Virus record (IMG/VR): IMGVR_UViG_3300028800_000060
Span: 96,001-160,000 of that record
Strand: one strand, 5' to 3'
DNA: 64,000 bases
Source: a virus
The notes under the pieces are model-generated. The model had not been told where the DNA came from and made no database searches. It saw only the letters and a program-made list of their open reading frames with translations. Both the position numbers and the translations under genes were made by a program. Shown here one piece after another: positions 54,423 through 61,707 of the stretch (the first letter of the stretch is position 1; each line of letters opens with the position of its first letter).

Positions 54423-54921
54423 AGGAGAACCATATGAAATCCCTAAGTTGGATGGTCCTAATTACCTGGATGGCTCCGTGTCCCATATTACAAACCGCGG
54501 TTATTATGGTTATCCTGTTCCGTATGTCCTTTTCCTTTGGAATGCGGAACTTCTAAGGATCCCGGAGCCCTGGAGGCTCCATGGAACACGTTATCATAAC
54601 ACACGGAGCGGCATAACAGTCGGAATAGGGAATATCCATACTTTCGTTATAATAACGTGGCCATGGAAAACCCCACCGGATCCCGAAGGACCCGATGGGG
54701 ATTCGTACAACCCGGGCATTTCCGGACACCCAGGGATCTAATTGTCCCAGGGAGTGATGGACGTGATTCTATAGCTTCCCATCAAAGCCCGCAACTCCTT
54801 AGCCGCCAGCTTATTGATGGATTCCTCCAGAAAGCGGAATGCTTCCACGGAGATTTCACCGTCTAACATCATGATATCCAGTTTGATTTGAAAGTGGTTC
54901 ATCGTTTTTCTCCTGATTCTA

Positions 54922-55128
54922 TTAGAGCCCTCGGATCTCTTGATGGATCCGGGCTTCAGTGGCCACAAGACGGCGACGGCGAGCTTCAATGGCTGCCAGC
55001 CGGTCGCGGAGATCTCCTCGATACTCGGGCTTCAGACTGTCAAGGCAGTTATAGCCCATCGCCAGCGCCAGATTACAGTCCCGGACTGTATTGATTTCGT
55101 TGATTTCCGGATACGTTTTCATTTCCAT
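54922..55128 (-). CDS. hypothetical protein
   Basis: 68 aa, downstream of 55135-55500 in a minus-strand operon. Confidence 0.55.
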   Translation of the reverse strand: MEMKTYPEINEINTVRDCNLALAMGYNCLDSLKPEYRGDLRDRLAAIEARRRRLVATEARIHQEIRGL

Positions 55129-55134
55129 AAGGAT

Positions 55135-55500
55135 CTATTGTACCTCCTGGGCCCTGTGGGCTTTATCTTCGATCATCTGGACAAGCTGCTTACGATACTT
55201 GCCGATGCGGATCACGGGGGTGGATCCCCGATGCCACAGCTTGCGGCACTGTTGCAGTTGCTCGCCGTTCAAGCGGCGCCCAGCCATAAGCTGTCGGGCA
55301 TACTGGCCAAACAGGCGGGCATCGGCCTGTTGGAGCCCACGTTCGTTATCGTCAATCGTGCATCCGGATGCACGTTCTAACTCAGTCTGACGTGCATGCA
55401 GTGCTAATAGAGCCTTCTCCAGCCACGTGTCGTTCGTTTCGAGCTGATGTAACACCTTTTCTGGTGTCCAATCAGTGAGTTTACGATAATTCACGTACAT
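55135..55500 (-). CDS. conserved phage hypothetical protein
   Basis: W.EKALLAL..RQT..E...T...N..G...DA...KY..QL pattern; GGAG RBS. Confidence 0.7.
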   Translation of the reverse strand: MYVNYRKLTDWTPEKVLHQLETNDTWLEKALLALHARQTELERASGCTIDDNERGLQQADARLFGQYARQLMAGRRLNGEQLQQCRKLWHRGSTPVIRIGKYRKQLVQMIEDKAHRAQEVQ

Positions 55501-55556
55501 AAGATCTCCGTTCTATTAGCGCCCCTAGAGTGCGTCAACACTGAGGAGCGCTAATA

Positions 55557-55590
55557 CAACGTCCCCCACGATAAGACGTGGGGGACGTTG
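55557..55590. terminator. stem-loop after 55597-56067
   Basis: CAACGTCCCCCACG...CGTGGGGGACGTTG. Confidence 0.7.
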
Positions 55591-55596
55591 CGTACT

Positions 55597-56067
55597 CTAG
55601 AGAGCGGATTCGATAGCGTTGAGTATGCTCTCTTCATCGACGGCGGGAGCGTCGATGAGCTTCACTTCAGTGTTGACGACGGGGGCTGGAGTCTTCTTTG
55701 CTTTCGACTCGCGACGTGGGCGCGATTCGCGCTTTGCTTTCACTGCGGGGGACGCGGGAGCGTCGATGAGCTTCACTTCAGTGTTGACGACGGGGGCCGG
55801 GGCGGACTTGGCGGACTTCGCGACGTGCAGACGAGACAAATCGAAGTTACTGGTCCCCTTGACGCGGAGTGCCGCGTTTTTGCCAATAAAATAGTGCACA
55901 TATCGGTGCCCGAATTGCTCTGAAGCGATGACGTGCAGTATTTTGCTCTGGATGACGGGGTTGCCCCCGTTCGCTGCGATGTACTTCTGCGTGATATCGA
56001 ACTGTGCCTGGTTGACTGCTTTCGCTGCGAACAGAGACGCGTGTCCTTCGAGCTTGGTGAATGACAT
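55597..56067 (-). CDS. paralogue of 45355-45903 (globular domain plus basic A/P/K tail)
   Basis: MSF..EGH.SLF.A...I.ANGG.PVI..K.LH.IA...YFIGKN.AL..K....DLSR; internal duplication PAPVVNTEVKLIDAPA. Confidence 0.8.
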   Translation of the reverse strand: MSFTKLEGHASLFAAKAVNQAQFDITQKYIAANGGNPVIQSKILHVIASEQFGHRYVHYFIGKNAALRVKGTSNFDLSRLHVAKSAKSAPAPVVNTEVKLIDAPASPAVKAKRESRPRRESKAKKTPAPVVNTEVKLIDAPAVDEESILNAIESAL

Positions 56068-56445
56068 AGTGGTTTTCTCTCTTTTCTTGACGTTATCGTT
56101 ATCGTAAGCTCACTTTGGCTGTGGAGCTTAGTCTACTCTACTTGAGAGAAGAGTAGATCGTACGAAACGCAGCAAACGCGATGCAAAGTGCGAACACTAC
56201 AACGATGTCTGTTACGTTCGCGCGTACTACACTGAGAAGCGTTTCAATCATTGTCTTTGTCTCGTTTCTGCGTTTTTTGTACTAGATCGAGCATAGCAAC
56301 AAAAAAGCGAAAAAAGAGCGAACAAAACATTAAAAATCATTAATTTTTTGATGCACACTTGTAATACTCAAATTCCAGACGCTTAGACGTGCTCTAGAGA
56401 CGCTTACGTGCTCTGTATCGACGCTATGACATAGACGTGCTCCAG

Positions 56446-56645
56446 ACGTCTGCAAACGCAAAAGAACAGCAGTCTATGTCTAGATCTAGACTACTGCGTT
56501 ATGCGACTCTTGAGCGAACAAAGAGCGAAATAGCGATTCTGAGCGTTTCTGAGCGTTTTTTGACGTGTTAAGCGATTCATGCGTGCTTTGTGTCAACTAT
56601 GCTCAACAAATCGCTTGGAACGTCTGCAAACGCAAAAGAACAGCA
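56446..56645 (+). repeat. 26-bp direct repeat in the divergent intergenic region
   Basis: ACGTCTGCAAACGCAAAAGAACAGCA at 56446-56471 and 56620-56645. Confidence 0.9.
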
Positions 56646-56805
56646 TTCTACGAACGCTTCAGAACTGCATTTGACGTCTTAGCGTTCGCATGCGGAAAAA
56701 ACAGTGTAATTTTTACACATAGTACTTGAAGTACTGCGAATTTTTCGTTTTCGCTTTTTATTCTACTTGACACGTTTTGTCCATACTCGCTATGCTGAAA
56801 TCACT

Positions 56806-57159
56806 ATGAAAACTATGCAAGTTATCGTATCAGACGCAGTAGACGAAAAGACGTTCAGCGTCGATTTCGACGAAACGATCATTGACAACAGAGCATGCTA
56901 TAGCATGCTCGACAAAGTGACGTACGCGTACACTGTTGAATATGCGAACGCTCGTAACGCTTGTTACGAATTCGCAGCTATGCATTTCAAGCAAGTGCTC
57001 TCGAACTGCATTGAATTCGAGAGTGAAGACGAGCTTTACATGAGCGACATTCGCGCGCTGTTCAGCATAGCGAACACGCTAACGTCTGAGTTCTTCGTTG
57101 ATATCGTTACGCGCGTACTCTTCTCTGATAGCTGTAGCTGTGATATATCTGTCAAGTAG
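56806..57159 (+). CDS. acidic protein with no Gly/Pro/Trp
   Basis: TTGACA(56767)-18-TATGCT promoter then ATG; 117 aa, about 20 D/E vs 9 K/R. Confidence 0.65.
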   Translation: MKTMQVIVSDAVDEKTFSVDFDETIIDNRACYSMLDKVTYAYTVEYANARNACYEFAAMHFKQVLSNCIEFESEDELYMSDIRALFSIANTLTSEFFVDIVTRVLFSDSCSCDISVK

Positions 57160-57220
57160 TCATAGCGTTCAATACAGAGCACTGTTTATTCTACGTATAC
57201 AGTGCTCTCAGTTAAACGCT

Positions 57221-57487
57221 ATGACTACTGACAGAATGAGCAAAGAACAGTATAAGCACGTTATGCGTACGCGTTTCGAGCGTCTAAGCTTTCAGCGATG
57301 TGCGAACTGCGACGAAATGACGCTGTATCGCGATGTGCAAACTGAACGCGTAGCGTGCATTGAATGCTCGTACGTCGAATACGAAGCACACGTGCACGTG
57401 ACGCATGCGCACACGTCGATTTCAGAGTGCAACTACGATGCTAAGACTATCGCAGCACGTATCATCGCACGTGCACGTGCACACTAG
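57221..57487 (+). CDS. Zn-ribbon protein with no Gly/Pro/Trp
   Basis: CANC-x15-CIEC; start codon lies within hairpin 57161-57223. Confidence 0.6.
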   Translation: MTTDRMSKEQYKHVMRTRFERLSFQRCANCDEMTLYRDVQTERVACIECSYVEYEAHVHVTHAHTSISECNYDAKTIAARIIARARAH

Positions 57488-57501
57488 TGCAGAATTCAAC
57501 G

Positions 57502-57695
57502 TGTGATTGGAGTTCACACTGTGCTTTGGAGGCACATGTGATTGGAGTTCACACGTCAAGTGTTACTTTACGTGTGCGGTGGTTGTACACTGTGCTTTGG
57601 AGGCACATGTGATTGGAGTTCACACGTCAAGTGTTACTTTACGTGTGCGGTGGTTGTACACTGTGCTTTGGAGGCACATGTGATTGGAGTTCACA
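57502..57695 (+). repeat. tandem hairpin array (35/71/71-nt period), TGGAG loops
   Basis: TGTGC-TTTGGAG-GCACA x3 and TGTGA-TTGGAGT-TCACA x4; two identical linkers. Confidence 0.9.
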
Positions 57696-57851
57696 GTGTA
57701 CGGCAGTTATTGGGGGTTCCCTGGGTATATGCTTTCGCATGATAGGCAAAACGCAAAGGCCGCAAAGGCCCCAAAGGTCCCAAAAACATGGGAAATCCAA
57801 ACCAAGCTACAATCGTGAAACTTCAATGACAGTAGTGTCTATATCAGGATT

Positions 57852-58603
57852 CTCTATTCCAAAAAATTTTCTGGCAACTTAGATTTAGGAATTTTTCCTT
57901 GAGGATTATCACATTTATGTAAAATAAATTTTTTTGGTGGTATTTCACCATTGCAGAGATGAATTAAAATATTAGGATTTCTAGAAAGACGATCATTGTA
58001 CCACAAACAGCCGCCAACAAGTGGTCGTTTTATTTACTTTAGTCCAGGTGCCATAACGTACTCTATTCCAAAAATTTTTTCTGAACATAATTGAGATTCC
58101 TGAAATCCACAAAATTTTCCCCAATTCCTAAAGAAAAATTAATAGCATCTAGTTCCTTTGCAAAGGCATACTCCCATGTGGATTGATCAAAATATTCTGC
58201 TCCTAATTCCAGTGCATATGCATAATCTGAAGCCAACCAGTTTTTAATTTTAACTCGATACATGTAATCGGCCCAGAAGTATTTCACGGAGTTCAGATGC
58301 ATAGGGACTCCTATTCAATAATAGCTTAAGATAGAATAGGTAAATATCGTTAATAAATTTTTTGTGTGCCATAACGCTAAAAAAATTTTCGGAACCAGGA
58401 TTCTTTCTGTTTTGTAGCAAGAGTATGTAAAAAACCCCCAAGTTTGACTAGACAGCCGCAACAAATATCTTTATCATATAGGGAAGCAATCCTAACTTTG
58501 GATATCTGATATTTTCCTAAATCGGTCTGGCCGCAATAATCGCAGCGATATACGGTTTTACTTGTGTGTGCCATAATGTACTCTATTCCAAAAATTTTTT
58601 CTG
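57852..58603. repeat. dispersed A-tract repeat
   Basis: GTGCCATAAYGTACTCTATTCCAAAAATTTTTTCTG at 58048 and 58568; partial copies at 57852 and 58363. Confidence 0.8.
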
Positions 58604-59002
58604 GGCCTATAAACCTGCCCACCACAACTCTCACATTTGTACCATTCCGAACCCGATATCCGAGGATAAATAGATTTCTTAGAATGACCGAACCAATAAC
58701 ATTTAAAGGAACTCCAGTAATTCTGAGAAGAACTCTTTTTGAAGTCCCAGGCAGGATTTAAAGCACTTAATAGGGAAATCAATACAAAAAGGGAAATGCC
58801 AAAAATAATGCGAACGTTGTTACTCATAATACCTTCCTTTTAGCCAAAAAGATACCTTTAAGGGATCTTAATTTACCAAGAATCAGACAAACATCAAACC
58901 ATTCGGCACTACCGAAATCCTTTTGATGATTCTTCATTAAATCTAGTACCGAACATTCAATAAATCTTAGTTCTTCGGTAATAAATCTTAGTTCTTCGGC
59001 AA

Positions 59003-59332
59003 TCATAGGAATTTCTGGGCCTTTGATAAGATATCGTACCATTTAGAGATGTGATCGTTGGCATCCCCGACAAATTCACCATGTTCATCGTGAACATAAA
59101 GCCTCAAATCTACAACAGATAAGGCACGCCGGAAGGCCTCTAATAATTCTTTTAGATCTAATGATGATCCAGTTTCATTTGCAGGACTCATGGATTCCAA
59201 ATGTTTGAAAACTGGGCCATATTCTTCTACGGCGCGCATATATTGTTCCCATGTCTCTAGTAGTCTAGCACAACACTTATTTTCTGGTAATTCACCTATG
59301 AAAGAACAATTCGGACATTTTAATATTGGCAT
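59003..59332 (-). CDS. Zn-finger-containing hypothetical protein
   Basis: N-terminal CPNC. Confidence 0.55.
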   Translation of the reverse strand: MPILKCPNCSFIGELPENKCCARLLETWEQYMRAVEEYGPVFKHLESMSPANETGSSLDLKELLEAFRRALSVVDLRLYVHDEHGEFVGDANDHISKWYDILSKAQKFL

Positions 59333-59342
59333 ATTGATTTTC

Positions 59343-60269
59343 TTATACTAAGTTCTTCGCATTCTCAGGAGTTAATTCATTTTTAATAGCATTATGCATC
59401 TTTTCAAATTGTTCCCAGAAGTCTTTAGGTTTGATACAATATCCCCAAAGTTGGCCTTTTCCATCAGGAAAAGTTATTTCATACACACCAGCAAATGCAC
59501 CACCCATATGGGCAACCTCAACTTCATCTTTTCCTTCTCCTTCAGTGATTTTAACCATTGAGTCGGCAAGCTTGAATCGCATTTGCCCTTTGGCAACACC
59601 GGGATACCAATCGCAGTAAACAGGTACGGTGATATATGCAACCGGTTCTTTAGGTGCTTCAAGATTCCAGTCTCGTTCTGGTTGTTCTTCGGTATCAGGA
59701 TTACCTAAGGTATCATCCTCGGCAAGGTTTTTGATTACTTCAATCTCTTGTGGTTGTTCTTCGGTAATGGAAGATTTAAAGCCTTGGTCATCGAGGTCGC
59801 AGTCCCTAATTTCTAAATGCGCATCGAATACCTTATCAAGGTCGGGTTGGGGCAAATTGAATTTTCGTCTGAACCATTCAGGGATAGGATCTTCACGTTT
59901 GGCATCGTCTACTTCGACGTTATGAAGGTCAAGGCCCAATTCGTCCAGTTCGTAACGGATATAATGCTCATATGTGAAGCCCGAAACGACCATGAGAAGT
60001 GAATCGGGGTTATCTTTGGCCCATGCAACGGCGGAATGTGCGTTTGATTCCATTAAGTTGGTACCGGGCATCATACCACCAAAATCATAAATGAAAAGGT
60101 CGGTGCCCGGGTCTACAACATTAACAGACCAAACATGTTGGAATCTGATTTCGGCGGGTGCCAGGAGTTCAGTATAGACTCTTTTATGATCTTCGACTTC
60201 CATTTCGGCTGTCACATCACCAAAATCATGTCCGCATGGGTCTACGAGAATTGCTATTTTAATCTTCAT
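59343..60269 (-). CDS. protein with N-terminal receiver-like alpha/beta domain
   Basis: KIAILVD...DLFIYDFGGMMPG...LMVVSG resembles REC beta1/beta3/beta4; acidic linker. Confidence 0.5.
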   Translation of the reverse strand: MKIKIAILVDPCGHDFGDVTAEMEVEDHKRVYTELLAPAEIRFQHVWSVNVVDPGTDLFIYDFGGMMPGTNLMESNAHSAVAWAKDNPDSLLMVVSGFTYEHYIRYELDELGLDLHNVEVDDAKREDPIPEWFRRKFNLPQPDLDKVFDAHLEIRDCDLDDQGFKSSITEEQPQEIEVIKNLAEDDTLGNPDTEEQPERDWNLEAPKEPVAYITVPVYCDWYPGVAKGQMRFKLADSMVKITEGEGKDEVEVAHMGGAFAGVYEITFPDGKGQLWGYCIKPKDFWEQFEKMHNAIKNELTPENAKNLV

Positions 60270-60277
60270 AATATCTC

Positions 60278-60823
60278 TTAAGTGTAAACTACATATCTCT
60301 TCCGGAATATGCGTAGATAATCCCCGTACTCCTTTATTTGATTCGGAGTATATCCTTCTTTTTGTCCAATGATCCTATAATTATCCAACCACCATTGGAT
60401 GGTATGTGAATGGCATCCAATTTTCAATAGAGACTTGGTTGTCATATTGAGGAAATGTCGAGTGCCTTGGATCTGAAGGGGTGAAGTTTCCCATGAATCT
60501 CCGGATACCCAGGTATTTCCGGATACCTGGGCATTTCCAAACACCCGGGCATCTCCGGATACCAGGGAATTCTCATATACCCAGACATTTCCGGATACCC
60601 GAGAATTTCCAGATACAAAGGCATTTCCAAACACCCGGGCATCTCCGGATACCCAGACATTTCCGGATACCCGAGAATTTCCATATACCAAAGCATTGGG
60701 CCCCACGTACACCGATGATGCCACCTGTGCTGTATTCTGGATCCAACCGGATCCGTTGGTGTGTTGATGCCATGTGTCCATTGTAGCATCAGGGAATTTT
60801 TGTTGCAATTGTTGTAGTGTCAT
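60278..60823 (-). CDS. hexapeptide-repeat protein, paralogue 7 (C-domain near-identical to paralogue 4)
   Basis: Head, repeats and shared C-domain. Confidence 0.85.
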   Translation of the reverse strand: MTLQQLQQKFPDATMDTWHQHTNGSGWIQNTAQVASSVYVGPNALVYGNSRVSGNVWVSGDARVFGNAFVSGNSRVSGNVWVYENSLVSGDARVFGNAQVSGNTWVSGDSWETSPLQIQGTRHFLNMTTKSLLKIGCHSHTIQWWLDNYRIIGQKEGYTPNQIKEYGDYLRIFRKRYVVYT

Positions 60824-60856
60824 ATACTATATCCTTAATCTACGTTCCGATCGCAC

Positions 60857-61201
60857 TCATCGAAAAACATGGGCATTTCCAGATACCCGGGCGTTTCCAA
60901 ATATTTGGGCATTTCCATATACCCGGGCGTTTCCAGATACTGAGGCATTTCCATATACCATGGCAGATCCAAACACACGAGCATTCTCATATACCCAGGC
61001 ATATCCGTACACACGGGCATTTCCAGATACCCAGGCATTGTCGGATAAACAGGTATATCCATATACCAAAGCATTGGGCCCCACGTACACCGATGGTTCC
61101 ACATATGCCGTATTCTCTATCCAACCGGATCCCCGGGCATGCTGATGCCATGTGTCCTCAGTGGCATCAGGGAATCTTTGTTGCAATTGTTCTAGATACA
61201 T
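60857..61201 (-). CDS. hexapeptide-repeat protein, paralogue 8
   Basis: Head and repeats; TTGACT promoter upstream. Confidence 0.85.
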   Translation of the reverse strand: MYLEQLQQRFPDATEDTWHQHARGSGWIENTAYVEPSVYVGPNALVYGYTCLSDNAWVSGNARVYGYAWVYENARVFGSAMVYGNASVSGNARVYGNAQIFGNARVSGNAHVFR

Positions 61202-61275
61202 TTATTTTCTTTCTAAACTCATGTTATCAAAAAATAAAATGCAAGTCAAGATCCCCAACACATAAATAATAACAT

Positions 61276-61434
61276 ATGGCTGAACAATTATGGCTATCAT
61301 TTGATGTGTCAAAAAGTGAGACACAACAAATTCTTCCTGATGATGCAAAAATTCCTAAGGAGGTGATCCATTCTCTGGATAATATCCAGCATACATGTTC
61401 GCGTTATATCACTTACAAGGAGAAAAGAAATTAA
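61276..61434 (+). CDS. small late protein
   Basis: Manual ORF MAEQLWLSFDVSKSETQQ...; TAAATA 7 nt upstream; TAATG coupling to next ORF. Confidence 0.5.
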   Translation: MAEQLWLSFDVSKSETQQILPDDAKIPKEVIHSLDNIQHTCSRYITYKEKRN

Positions 61435-61640
61435 TGAAGCGTTTATTTTTAATTTGTAGTTTACTAGTGACTAGTATAGCAGTGGCTCATGGACCAACGA
61501 TGCCACCCGACCCCCAAACTCCACTTTGCGCCACTCTATGTTTTCCATGGATTCTGTGCCAGGTGCCTTGTGATCCTCCAACTCCTACATCACCTCCACC
61601 TTCTACTCCAAAAGGATGCCAGGATTGTGAAGCTCAATAA
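61434..61640 (+). CDS. secreted Pro/Cys-rich peptide
   Basis: MKRLFLICSLLVTSIAVA|HGPTMPPDP...; 6 Cys in the mature part; AAGGAG upstream. Confidence 0.65.
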   Translation: MKRLFLICSLLVTSIAVAHGPTMPPDPQTPLCATLCFPWILCQVPCDPPTPTSPPPSTPKGCQDCEAQ

Positions 61641-61707
61641 ACACTAAATAGTAATGAAGTCCTCAGTAATATGAGGCTTTAACAACAATTTAGAAAGGAT
61701 CTAAAAT

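Larger units (their letters stand above)
56125..57508. other. GG/CC-dinucleotide-depleted island
   Basis: Manual count: 5 GG/CC in ~1380 nt; none in 56783-57508. Confidence 0.92.
50175..60552. repeat. 227-bp inverted repeat pair
   Basis: 50175-50401 vs reverse complement of 60326-60552, 2 mismatches seen. Confidence 0.88.

Noticed and set aside
57502-57695. CRISPR array
   Set aside because: Repeat and spacer lengths fit, but the two spacers are identical and no cas genes or leader are visible; treated as a tandem hairpin repeat.
29802-61201. Diversity-generating retroelement acting on the hexapeptide genes
   Set aside because: No reverse transcriptase in the window; differences between copies are not adenine-specific and include repeat-number changes.
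29839-61269. Alternative-frame and antisense ORFs over hexapeptide genes (MPGYPEMPG..., IPGHFRIP..., TRAFPDTQA...)
   Set aside because: By-products of stop-free 18-nt repeats; no independent expression signals seen.
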